Below, piece by piece: positions 1-8,919 of a stretch of DNA of 45,600 bases. A program made the position numbers and the translations under genes. The stretch spans positions 1-45,600 of the forward strand of contig BJGO01000002.1 in assembly GCA_014190535.1 (NCBI GenBank), given 5' to 3'. The stretch's first letter is position 1, and the number at the start of each line of letters is the position of its first letter. This DNA is from Bacteroidota bacterium. Lineage in GTDB: Bacteria; Bacteroidota; Bacteroidia; Chitinophagales; UBA10324. The notes beneath the pieces are model-generated. The model was not told the DNA's origin, did not search any database, and saw nothing but the letters and a program-made list of their open reading frames with translations.

Positions 1-231
1 CAGCTCGTGTGCATTTACGATACCTACTAGCCCGGCATACAGCCCCGTGCTTGCACCCGCACTCAAAATAAACCACGATGTGATTGCGCCCTGATAGATA
101 CCATAAAGCAGACTCGCAATGGCTATGATGTGTGAAACGGCTTGCCAAAGGATGACCAGGTCAGGAGCTATCCCGTGCAGGTTATTATCTGCTCGATCTT
201 CCTTGCCGAAGAATCGTTCTATAAAAGTCAT
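1..231 (-). CDS. Partial small membrane protein (first 77 codons; continues past the window start)
   Basis: Absent from the ORF track because it is open-ended. Reverse-strand ATG at 231..229 is followed by 77 sense codons to position 1 with no stop: MTFIERFFGKEDRADNNLHGIAPDLVILWQAVSHIIAIASLLYGIYQGAITSWFILSAGASTGLYAGLVGIVNAHEL. It contains Gly/Ala-rich hydrophobic helices. Confidence 0.35.
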   Translation of the reverse strand, partial: MTFIERFFGKEDRADNNLHGIAPDLVILWQAVSHIIAIASLLYGIYQGAITSWFILSAGASTGLYAGLVGIVNAHEL

Positions 232-406
232 AATCACTAATGCAAAAAAGAGGTTTAGAAATGTATAATATCCACCCAACAGATTCCCGGCAAGGACAAA
301 TAGTAAGGGGTGCGTGCTAAATAGATACAACAAAATCTTTCTTTGCTCCAAGTGGATGTAAAATTATTTAAGTAAACTTACAATAACTCAAAAACACTTT
401 TTAGAT

Positions 407-2161
407 ATGATTCGAATTTTACTTTGTTTTTTACTCCTTACCGCATTAGGGATGAATGCAGATGCTCAATGTCCGGGCTGTGCAATCAATAGCACGTTTA
501 CCTCTCCCGGCATATACCCAAGTATATTGCCGGATGGTACTCAAAATCAGGCTTACGATGAAGATGTAACCTTTGTACTATTCACCGATACGCTTGGCTT
601 TGCGGTAAATTTCTTTAAGATCAATTCAATCAGCGGCTTGCCCTTAGGGCTATCCTATGAGTGTAATAATATAACCAATGGATGTGTTTATGATCCTCAA
701 TCCAGCATTTATGGTTGCGTGAAGGTATGCGGTACACCTATACAATCGGGGTCCTTTACGGCGGTTGTCAGCGTAACGGCAAATCTTGAAGTTGTTGGCG
801 ATCAGAATAGCACAATTAACATACCGCTCACGATAGTACAATCGGCAGGCGGTAATACGGATTTTACATTTAACCCGGCTTCAGCCTGTGGCTCTGCAGA
901 GGTTAGCTTCAGCGCTTTATTAAACAATCCGGCATACATCAACACGTACGCTTGGGATTTTGGTAATGGTGTCACTTCCGATATACAAAATCCACCCACT
1001 CAGCTTTATGATTCAGCAGGCATCTATCTTGTTTCCCTGCAAACACAATTTTCTGTGTATGCCTTGTCCGGTTTAAGTGTTAGCGGAGTAAATAATAACT
1101 GGTGCGGTGATGTGGAAGAACCTAACTTATTTGGATGTACAGGCTCTCCTGATTTATACATCGTGGTATCGGATGCCAGCAGTAACATCGTTTATACTTC
1201 TTCAACAATAGATAATGCGAATTCGGCGAGCTGGTCTGATATCAATATACCCCTGAGTAATCCGCCATATTCTTTCACCATCTGGGACGAAGATGTGGTT
1301 TCTCAGAATGATAATCTGGGCACCTATAGTTTTAACCCTGCAGGAACCGGTACATTTAATTTCAGCGGTAATGGCACCTCGGGCAACTACACCATCGGCA
1401 CACAAGTGGTCACAACATTTAACAGTTCAGATTCGGTGCTGATTTATTCTGTACCGGCTATACCGGTAGTTGCGTTATCGGGTAATGATACGATATGTGC
1501 CGGCGACTCGGTTACGTTGGCGGCGCTTTCTGCCGAGGCAGAATCATATAGCTGGCTACTGGCCAATACGACTATTACAGGTGCAACCGATTCCCTACTT
1601 ACTGTTTCCTCTGCCGGCGCCTATGCGGTGCAGATCACAAATGAATTCGGTTGCAGTGCTACATCGGCTGAGCAAACTATTTTTCAGCAACCGGCCCTGC
1701 CCAATATTAATTTTACTATTCAGGGTAATGATTTAACTACATTCCTGACCGGATATAATTTTCAATGGTACCTGAACAATAATCCAATATCGGGTGCAAC
1801 AGGACCAACACATACCATTTCACAACAGGGTAATTACTATTTGCTGGCCTGCGATAATTTTGGCTGTTGCCGTGCTTCAAACACGCTGTTGATTACTCCG
1901 GTAACGGCATACACACCGGAGTTGCATAGTGGTGTTTTGGTTTATCCCAATCCGGCAACTCAGATCCTTAACCTTGAACTAAGTGGTAGCGGACAATCTC
2001 TGGAATTTGAAATCATAGATATTACCGGTCGTGTTATGACTACGGGTATTCTGGAGGGCCGTACCCTTGTTGATGTAAGTACCTATCCTGATGGAACATA
2101 TATCTTACGATATCATTCAGGAGCAGGAAGCTTTCATCAGCGTATGATCATCTCGCACTAA
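407..2161 (+). CDS. T9SS-secreted multidomain surface protein (PKD-like domain, Cys-bracketed Ig-like repeats, type-A C-terminal sorting domain)
   Basis: Signal peptide MIRILLCFLLLTALGMNADAQ. PKD-like signature AWDFGNGVTS...YDSAGIYLVSLQ. Two Ig-like modules (ICAGDSVTLAA...GAYAVQITNEFGCSATS; YNFQWYLNNNPISGAT...GNYYLLACDNFGCC). C-terminal VYPNPATQILNLEL...DGTYILRY is typical of T9SS sorting domains. Confidence 0.8.
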   Translation: MIRILLCFLLLTALGMNADAQCPGCAINSTFTSPGIYPSILPDGTQNQAYDEDVTFVLFTDTLGFAVNFFKINSISGLPLGLSYECNNITNGCVYDPQSSIYGCVKVCGTPIQSGSFTAVVSVTANLEVVGDQNSTINIPLTIVQSAGGNTDFTFNPASACGSAEVSFSALLNNPAYINTYAWDFGNGVTSDIQNPPTQLYDSAGIYLVSLQTQFSVYALSGLSVSGVNNNWCGDVEEPNLFGCTGSPDLYIVVSDASSNIVYTSSTIDNANSASWSDINIPLSNPPYSFTIWDEDVVSQNDNLGTYSFNPAGTGTFNFSGNGTSGNYTIGTQVVTTFNSSDSVLIYSVPAIPVVALSGNDTICAGDSVTLAALSAEAESYSWLLANTTITGATDSLLTVSSAGAYAVQITNEFGCSATSAEQTIFQQPALPNINFTIQGNDLTTFLTGYNFQWYLNNNPISGATGPTHTISQQGNYYLLACDNFGCCRASNTLLITPVTAYTPELHSGVLVYPNPATQILNLELSGSGQSLEFEIIDITGRVMTTGILEGRTLVDVSTYPDGTYILRYHSGAGSFHQRMIISH

Positions 2162-2783
2162 ATACTTGATCAATAATCGTTTTTATCTCAGAGGCCGACT
2201 GTGCAACATAGTCGGCCTCTTTAATTTCATCAAATCCATAACCATAGGCACAGCCAATACTGATTAAGCCATTATCCCTGGCTGCCATAATATCATGAAT
2301 GCGGTCACCGGCAACGATGTGGTAGGATGCTGGTTCTGCCTGCTGAATCAGTTCGCGAACCATAGATGTTTTATTGTCGGATGGCGACCGAGGCAAACGT
2401 ACCGAGCTGAAGAATGAGCTTATTTCGGTTTTGTCAAATACCGCCTCCTGATAGGCATCAACGGCATTACTGCAGAGCGCAATTTCCTGTCCACTGCGAT
2501 ACAACTCTTCAAGCAAAAGTTTTACGCCTTCAAATAATGCTCCGTTTTTATATATATAACCCACCTCAAGTTCAATCATTCGGCGGCGTGTTTGCTCAAA
2601 TGGCTGATCGATATCGTGACGAATCAGCCACTCCCTGAAATAGGCTTCCGGCTCGCCAACGAGTTTCATCACTTCGCGGTTGCCCGGATAAGGCTTGTTA
2701 TAGGTTAAAAAGAAATCTTCACAAGCCGGTATGAAGGCAGATGCCGTATTAAACAGGGTGCCATCCAGGTCAAAAATGATCAT
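2148..2783 (-). CDS. HAD-superfamily hydrolase (phosphoglycolate-phosphatase-like, subfamily IA)
   Basis: Motif I at the N-terminus (MIIFDLDGTLFNT). Motif IV is GDRIHDIMAARDNG. Length is 211 aa. The 3' end overlaps the convergent upstream gene by 14 nt. Confidence 0.8.
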   Translation of the reverse strand: MIIFDLDGTLFNTASAFIPACEDFFLTYNKPYPGNREVMKLVGEPEAYFREWLIRHDIDQPFEQTRRRMIELEVGYIYKNGALFEGVKLLLEELYRSGQEIALCSNAVDAYQEAVFDKTEISSFFSSVRLPRSPSDNKTSMVRELIQQAEPASYHIVAGDRIHDIMAARDNGLISIGCAYGYGFDEIKEADYVAQSASEIKTIIDQVFSAR

Positions 2784-2839
2784 TAAGAAAAAATAGGTTT
2801 ATTTAGCAATATTAATTTCTACCAATCAAAAAAAAGCAT

Positions 2840-4534
2840 ATGAAAAGACGATATACCATTTACGCTGTAACGGCAATCATCGCACTCATTATTGTAAACT
2901 CGATTTCTTACGAAACTACAAGTAGCACTGCGGGTTCGCCGGCTGCCCGTTGTGGTGCTCCGGCGGATGGAGGCGCTACGTGTACCGGATGTCATGGAGG
3001 TACTACAATTATTGATCTGGGGTTAAATAATGGATGGATTGTATCTGACATACCTGCAGGTGGTTACGTGCCCGGTGAAACCTATACCTTCACGGCTACT
3101 GCAACACAGGTAGGTAGCTCGAAGTTTGGTTTTCAGATGTCGCCACAGGCATTGAATGGCGCATACCTTGGAACGATGATTGTCACCGATGCGGTTCAAA
3201 CACAGATTGTGGGCACGAAGTATATCACGCATAAGTCGGCCGGTACGGCCGGTTCGGGTTCCAAGTCGTGGAGCTTCGATTGGATAGCACCGGTGGCCGG
3301 AACCGGCACGGTAAGTTTTTATGCCTGTTTTAATGCAACCAACAGTAACTCATCGAGCAGTGGTGATCAGATTTATAAAACAATATACACGGTTAACGAA
3401 TGCGTGGTAAGTGCATCAGTTTCAGCTCCGGTAACTTCTATATGCAGTAACCAAACCGCTTCATTAAATGCACAGGGAACAGGATCTTATTTATGGAGTA
3501 ACGGAGCAACAACACAAAACATTTCAGTAAACACATCAGGGGCATATGCCGTTACCGTTACTAATGGTGCCGGTTGTACGGCGGCAAGCACACCCGTTTC
3601 GATTTCGGTAACCAATGTGCCTGCAAGTCCCATAATAACATTACCCGATCAGGCTTGTGTTGGTGCAACGGTAGCTTTATCCGTAGATAATTTTAATCCT
3701 GCCTTGAATTATTCTTGGAATATTGACGGTACGTCATCCATAGCGGTCGACAGTTCATCGTTTACGTTTGATCTATCGTGGGGTAGCACCGGTACCTACA
3801 ATTACTCCTTTACCGCATCAGAACTAAATTGTATCAGCAACCCCACATCAGGCACAATACAAATTGGTGCTGAACCCATCATCTCGACATCGGCTATACC
3901 GGAATCTGCCTGCCCGGGCAGTTGTTTCCCGATCAGCATCACCGGAGCCGCAAGCGTTTCCATTAACGGAGCCGGCGTGGCAATTCCTGATTCGCTTTGC
4001 GCTACCGGTAGCGGAAGTTATGATATTGTGGCTTTATCGACTGAAGGTTGTCAGGCCTCGTCTTTAGTGCAAATCGATATTCTTAATGCACCCAATATTT
4101 CCCTGGTTCAAACAGCGAACACCCTCTGTATTTCCGATACGAACGGCATAACCTCCTCAGTTTGGGCTCTCAATGGTAACACCATTGCAGGGAACACGGA
4201 TTGCATCGACATGACTGAATCCGGAACCTACAGTATTATCGTTACTGGAGAGAATGGTTGCACGGCGACATCATCCGGTGCATTTACCTTAACAGGTCTT
4301 AGTACAACGGCACAACTTCCGCTTACCTATAATAATCCGGTGCAGTTTAACCTGATGTTAAATAATAATCCGGAAGGCCAATTTATACTAAGCGACCTGA
4401 GTGGGCGCGTAGTTAGGAGTGAAGCCGTCTCTGTTAACGCCATTATTGCATTGAATACGATACCTGAGGGCATCTACCTTGCTCAAATTATTTCTGAAAA
4501 TCAGATTCATAATTTTCAGATTATTAAACAATAG
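2840..4534 (+). CDS. T9SS-secreted protein with N-terminal Reeler-like domain carrying a CXXCH motif, Ig-like repeats and C-terminal sorting domain
   Basis: N-terminal hydrophobic anchor or signal. CGAPADGGATCTGCHGG (CTGCH at nt 2981..2995). FGFQMSP...ITHKSAG...WSFDWIAPVAGTGTVSFYACFNA resembles the Reeler domain layout. There are at least three modules of the type C..Q.A.L.A.G...Y.W..G.T...I.V...G.Y.V.V.N..GC. The C-terminal sorting domain is ...GIYLAQIISENQIHNFQIIKQ. Confidence 0.7.
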   Translation: MKRRYTIYAVTAIIALIIVNSISYETTSSTAGSPAARCGAPADGGATCTGCHGGTTIIDLGLNNGWIVSDIPAGGYVPGETYTFTATATQVGSSKFGFQMSPQALNGAYLGTMIVTDAVQTQIVGTKYITHKSAGTAGSGSKSWSFDWIAPVAGTGTVSFYACFNATNSNSSSSGDQIYKTIYTVNECVVSASVSAPVTSICSNQTASLNAQGTGSYLWSNGATTQNISVNTSGAYAVTVTNGAGCTAASTPVSISVTNVPASPIITLPDQACVGATVALSVDNFNPALNYSWNIDGTSSIAVDSSSFTFDLSWGSTGTYNYSFTASELNCISNPTSGTIQIGAEPIISTSAIPESACPGSCFPISITGAASVSINGAGVAIPDSLCATGSGSYDIVALSTEGCQASSLVQIDILNAPNISLVQTANTLCISDTNGITSSVWALNGNTIAGNTDCIDMTESGTYSIIVTGENGCTATSSGAFTLTGLSTTAQLPLTYNNPVQFNLMLNNNPEGQFILSDLSGRVVRSEAVSVNAIIALNTIPEGIYLAQIISENQIHNFQIIKQ

Positions 4535-4536
4535 TT

Positions 4537-4956
4537 TTAATAACGCCTTACGTCGGTTGCCTTAGGTATGATAACCATGATGCAGCCTGCAGTAATCACG
4601 TGAATACCTACGGAGAGCATTTTGAATGCCTTTGGTGCATGCGTGCTATCCGGAAGGGTCGGAGATATGCTCCATAAGAGGGAGATTAACAGGATAACGA
4701 CACAGGCTATGTTGAAATAAAAACCATACCTTCGGGTAATCTTAACCAGCATAAAATATCCAACGGATGCAAGTATGGATGAGATGATGGAAAGGAAGGT
4801 GATTACGGGAAAATTAATGTATTCATCCATCGAGAAATTTAGTAGTACACCATAGGCATAATTATAGGCATTATTGAGAATAGCCGCGGAAGAACCGGCT
4901 ACTAATCCGCCCCGTATCGAATGCCACATCTTAAATTTCTTACGTGTTACTGCCAT
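4537..4956 (-). CDS. Small integral membrane protein, unknown function (about 4 TM)
   Basis: 139 aa with four hydrophobic segments. It lies 25 nt downstream of the 398-aa gene on the same strand, so co-transcription is likely. Confidence 0.55.
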   Translation of the reverse strand: MAVTRKKFKMWHSIRGGLVAGSSAAILNNAYNYAYGVLLNFSMDEYINFPVITFLSIISSILASVGYFMLVKITRRYGFYFNIACVVILLISLLWSISPTLPDSTHAPKAFKMLSVGIHVITAGCIMVIIPKATDVRRY

Positions 4957-4981
4957 TTGTTAACGCTGTAAAACTAATCAT

Positions 4982-6178
4982 TTACAATTCAAAAAATCCA
5001 ACGGTGCCACCTACCCACGTTTTGTCTTTATTGTATTTCGTGCCAATCATTTCTCCGCGACTAAGCCGAGCCAGATTAGTTACCAAGTCGTATGACTCGT
5101 TAACCTGATTGTAGATATAGAGTAACCGGATTTCACACTTGATTAATCCGTCAGGAGATTCAACACAAGGCTCATATTGAACTTTGCGTTGGAGTATGTA
5201 TTGATTACGTTCTTTTGAGGGAATGGCATCGATATCTTTTTTTTCTACGTGAAACCGTACGCCATTTCCTGAAAAGGAGAAGAGGGGTTTAAGTACATAA
5301 TGTTCCAGATCTTCGGGTATAGGGTTGAGCTGATCAAGAAAATAGCAGTCGGGAATGAATGCACTTTGTATGAGTGGCATTGTGTATTTACTGATTCGGA
5401 AGAACCAGTTTGGGTGCCCGGCCCATTCAACATCTACTTCCTCGGTAAGGTTATAGCATCGCGTTAAATCGGTTCGGCGCAATAGCTCATCAAAAATGAT
5501 ACGGTTGTAAATTCTTTTTATCGGTGTTTTAATGCCATCACGCAGATAATACAACTGCCGGCCTTCACGGATTAGCGATGAGATGCAAACGGCTTTTATT
5601 CCGGATATCTTTTCGGTGATAATAAAATCTATCGCTGTTGGTTGTTTGTCGGGTTCAATTTCTAAGAGGATGACATGTTGCGGTTGATGATTACCGAGTA
5701 GCACTTGACTTAGATATTGATTATAGGTGCCATAATCCATTCCATTCAGCAGATGATGGAAAGCGTCGGGAATGGGAAAATAGGTTCTGAATGTGTGAGC
5801 CAGATAATTCTGATAAGCAAACAGGGAAGGGAACCCCTGCATTTCAATGAGTTGAGGATGGTACTCGCCGAGCTGATTTTTACATACGGCAAAATCAAGA
5901 GCGATAAAGAGCGATTGATTATCTTCACCCGGTACGTTACACGGAGCGGGAATGGCACCTTTCGTTGCTGATTTAAATCCGGGACTTTGAATAAAACGGA
6001 TAATATCCGAACCGGCATTTCGAAGCTTATGGCTAAAGGCTCGGTCTATGAATATAGGTGTTTCGGCAATGCGGAACGGTATTTTATGTTGTGTATAGCA
6101 CTCCATCTCCTGCAGAAATAGTAGGTAGGTGTTGTTGCTAAAGTTTTGATTGTAATGTTTTCGGATAGATGCAATCAT
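4982..6178 (-). CDS. Uncharacterized protein, possibly ATP-grasp-fold amidoligase-like
   Basis: 398 aa. YVLKPLFSFSGNGVRF resembles the ATP-grasp phosphate-binding strand-loop. The C-terminal KCEIRLLY...LARLSRGEMIGTKYNKDKTWVGG resembles the tail of circularly permuted or GSP-synthase-like ATP-grasp proteins. The fold assignment is tentative. Confidence 0.35.
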   Translation of the reverse strand: MIASIRKHYNQNFSNNTYLLFLQEMECYTQHKIPFRIAETPIFIDRAFSHKLRNAGSDIIRFIQSPGFKSATKGAIPAPCNVPGEDNQSLFIALDFAVCKNQLGEYHPQLIEMQGFPSLFAYQNYLAHTFRTYFPIPDAFHHLLNGMDYGTYNQYLSQVLLGNHQPQHVILLEIEPDKQPTAIDFIITEKISGIKAVCISSLIREGRQLYYLRDGIKTPIKRIYNRIIFDELLRRTDLTRCYNLTEEVDVEWAGHPNWFFRISKYTMPLIQSAFIPDCYFLDQLNPIPEDLEHYVLKPLFSFSGNGVRFHVEKKDIDAIPSKERNQYILQRKVQYEPCVESPDGLIKCEIRLLYIYNQVNESYDLVTNLARLSRGEMIGTKYNKDKTWVGGTVGFFEL

Positions 6179-6290
6179 GAGGTCTTAGAGTATGAATGGA
6201 TTTAAATATACCATAGCCACATTTATTTACTTACAGGAATATCCGTCGATGAACGGCAATTTGTTTAATTTGTGACATAAATTAACAACC

Positions 6291-7061
6291 ATGGAAACAA
6301 AAACGGACATCGTGAATAACTGGCTTCCCCGATACACCGGAACAGCTTTGGAGGATTTTGGTAAATATATCATACTGGTAAATTTTGGAAATTACGTGCA
6401 TCGCTTTGCTGAGTGGCACGGTGTGGAGGTTCGTGGTAAAGATCGTCCGATGATAAATGCTACAGCAGATGGCATAACGATTATTAATTTCGGTATGGGT
6501 AGCCCCAATGCCGCCACGGTTATTGATTTGCTAAGCGCCATAAAGCCCAAAGCCGTTTTGTTCCTGGGAAAGTGCGGTGGACTGAAAAAGAAAAATTTGT
6601 TGGGTGACTTAATATTACCGATTGCGGCAATACGTGGCGAGGGAACATCGAATGACTACTTTCCTGCCGAGGTACCTGCGTTACCGGCATTTGCTCTGCA
6701 AAAAGCCATATCAACCACTATACGGGATGCCAACTGCGACTATTGGACCGGTACGGTATATACAACGAACCGGCGCGTATGGGAACACGATGAACAATTT
6801 AAGGATTATCTCCGCAAAATACGTGCGATGTGTATCGATATGGAAACGGCTACAATCTTTACGGTGGCTTTCTCCAATAAAATTCCAGCCGGTGCCTTGT
6901 TGCTGGTCTCCGATCAGCCCATGGTGCCTGAAGGCGTTAAAACAGAGAAAAGTGATGCCGTGGTTACAGCAAATTACAGCGACCGTCATCTGCGCATTGG
7001 AATTGACTCGTTAAAGCAACTGATTAATGATGGTCTCACGGTGAGGCACCTAAAATTCTGA
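6291..7061 (+). CDS. amn: AMP nucleosidase, short catalytic-domain-only form (PNP/UDP phosphorylase fold)
   Basis: NWLPRYTG...YIILVNFGNYV...INFGMGSPNAATVIDLL...FLGKCGGL...IRGEGTS matches the AMP nucleosidase catalytic domain pattern. Length is 256 aa. Confidence 0.75.
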   Translation: METKTDIVNNWLPRYTGTALEDFGKYIILVNFGNYVHRFAEWHGVEVRGKDRPMINATADGITIINFGMGSPNAATVIDLLSAIKPKAVLFLGKCGGLKKKNLLGDLILPIAAIRGEGTSNDYFPAEVPALPAFALQKAISTTIRDANCDYWTGTVYTTNRRVWEHDEQFKDYLRKIRAMCIDMETATIFTVAFSNKIPAGALLLVSDQPMVPEGVKTEKSDAVVTANYSDRHLRIGIDSLKQLINDGLTVRHLKF

Positions 7062-7066
7062 AGCTG

Positions 7067-8071
7067 ATGCAGAAATTATTTTCTGAAATTGAGCGTGAGC
7101 TAAAAAATAAAATCTATCACCCTTTATATATACTGGAGGGCGAGGAACCTTATTATAATGAGGTGTTGACAGACTATTTTGAGAACCACATACTAAGCGA
7201 TGCGGAGAAAGGATTTAACCTCACCATCGTTTATGGTAAGGATGTAAATGACAGTAAGATTGCCGCATTAGCTAACTCGTATCCGATGTTTGGCAATTAC
7301 AATATTGTTATAGTTAAGGAGGCGCAGTTTATTAAAGATTGGTCTGCCCTGAGTCAGGTAGTGGCCTCGTTACCAAAAACAACTATTCTGGTATTATTTA
7401 TTTCAGGAGCGACTTTGGATAAGCGTAAAACGGAGATTAAGCAACTAATAAGTCATGCCGTACAACACAGCACAAAAAAACTTAAGGAGAGTGAGATACA
7501 GGATTTTATTGCGTCTTATTTTAAAAAGCACAAACACAAAATAAGTCCGGATACCGTTCAGCTGCTTACTGACCATGTTAATCAGGATTTATCATTTATA
7601 GTAAATGAAATGAATAAACTGATTTTGAATGTGCCCGCTGAAAATGAAATTACTGCGGCACATGTACAGGAGTTTATTGGTATACATAAAGAATATAATG
7701 TGTTTGCTCTGACCAAAGCTTTGGGTACACGACAAATTAAAGAGGCTTTGCTCATTGCTGATTATTTCTCCCGAAATTCAAAAGAAAATCCATTGGTGGT
7801 TATTCTTTCACAACTATATTCATACTTTAATAAAGTACTGTTATACCGTACGATGCGTGCATCTGCTCCAAATGAAATCGCATCGGCACTGGGAGTTAAT
7901 CCATACTTTATAAAAGAATATGAATCTGCGGCACGCATCTATACCAATGCCAGACTGTTTAACATATTCGAACTGTTAAAGGAATATGATTTGCGTTCAA
8001 AAAAAATAATAGAGAATGAATCGGATGATGGGGTGCTCATTCGCGAGTTAGTAATGCGTATTGTAGCTTAG
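7067..8071 (+). CDS. holA: DNA polymerase III subunit delta
   Basis: 334 aa. The N-terminus ...IYHPLYILEGEEPYYNEVLTDYF... and the overall helical C-terminal half are typical of HolA. It starts 5 nt after amn. Confidence 0.8.
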   Translation: MQKLFSEIERELKNKIYHPLYILEGEEPYYNEVLTDYFENHILSDAEKGFNLTIVYGKDVNDSKIAALANSYPMFGNYNIVIVKEAQFIKDWSALSQVVASLPKTTILVLFISGATLDKRKTEIKQLISHAVQHSTKKLKESEIQDFIASYFKKHKHKISPDTVQLLTDHVNQDLSFIVNEMNKLILNVPAENEITAAHVQEFIGIHKEYNVFALTKALGTRQIKEALLIADYFSRNSKENPLVVILSQLYSYFNKVLLYRTMRASAPNEIASALGVNPYFIKEYESAARIYTNARLFNIFELLKEYDLRSKKIIENESDDGVLIRELVMRIVA

Positions 8072-8907
8072 GCTCTTTTGGAATAGGGTTGATGATGTTC
8101 CGTGGCCATACGAAGGAAAGCCGGCAAAATGGTATTATGGGTATGAATAATGGCCTCAGGCCGGTGAAGGATGTCAAGGGTTTCATTGTACTTTTCAATA
8201 CTATGATGACTGATGATGAAATTCTTTTTATCCTCGCGCATCAGATAACGTAACATACCTTCCACATCGGATTCCGGATGAAACTGGGTGCCTACAAAGC
8301 AATCGTTGAACCGAATCGCCATTACAGCCTGCTCTAGATTTACGTGTGGTCGTTCTTTTTCCAGACATAACACCGTTCCGCCAAGTTCGCGCAAGCGGTT
8401 TTTGTTGATTTCAATCACTTGCCAGTCTCGCGAGTCAACAACGTAAAAAGGATCATTAAGATGTTCAAATAATAGTTCCTTCTTTCCCGCCTCGGTCTTG
8501 TGCGTAGGAAAAATGCCAAATGCTGTAGACTTGCGAAGGCATACATTGCCTAACTGATAGTACCGGCAATAAATCTGAAAGGAGTGGCAAATCAGAAAAA
8601 CATGTTTACGGCGCTCAGGATGTTTTAGGTTAAATGCCTGGATATCATCCATTAACCGAAAAAACTTTCGCTCCCATTCACTTCCTTCACTATCGAGCGG
8701 ACTACCCGGACCACCACTGCTGATATAAATATCAAAGCCTAAATCAGCCATTTCATTTTTTCCTCGTACATCATAGACCTCCATTTGCAAATCACGATTG
8801 TTATTCAGGGCAAATTCATGGACAATAGATTTTATACAACGCATGCCCTCATTAGGCAGGCCATCATACATATCAAGCACGGCAACGTTTAACGGTTTCA
8901 GCATCAT
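8068..8907 (-). CDS. Class-I glutamine amidotransferase-like protein (GuaA1/gamma-glutamyl-hydrolase-like)
   Basis: Nucleophile-elbow Cys in FLICHSFQ and a His-Glu pair in GTQFHPES. The track ORF starts at TTG 8916; I prefer ATG 8907 (MMLKPLNVAVLD...). It is the last gene of the four-gene operon. Confidence 0.7.
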   Translation of the reverse strand: MMLKPLNVAVLDMYDGLPNEGMRCIKSIVHEFALNNNRDLQMEVYDVRGKNEMADLGFDIYISSGGPGSPLDSEGSEWERKFFRLMDDIQAFNLKHPERRKHVFLICHSFQIYCRYYQLGNVCLRKSTAFGIFPTHKTEAGKKELLFEHLNDPFYVVDSRDWQVIEINKNRLRELGGTVLCLEKERPHVNLEQAVMAIRFNDCFVGTQFHPESDVEGMLRYLMREDKKNFIISHHSIEKYNETLDILHRPEAIIHTHNTILPAFLRMATEHHQPYSKRA

Positions 8908-8919
8908 TAGGCGCAAATA

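Noticed and set aside
2981-2995. Calling the 2840..4534 protein a c-type cytochrome on the basis of one CXXCH
   Set aside because: A single CXXCH can occur by chance, and its position matches the Cys/His motif that opens Reeler-type domains. I reported it as a question to test rather than as a cytochrome annotation.
6622-7014. 130-aa plus-strand ORF (and the 92-aa minus-strand ORF 6711..6989) inside the amn gene
   Set aside because: These are alternative-frame or antisense shadow ORFs lying wholly within a well-supported gene. Their composition is Arg/Cys/Trp-rich and low in complexity, and they carry no recognisable motif.
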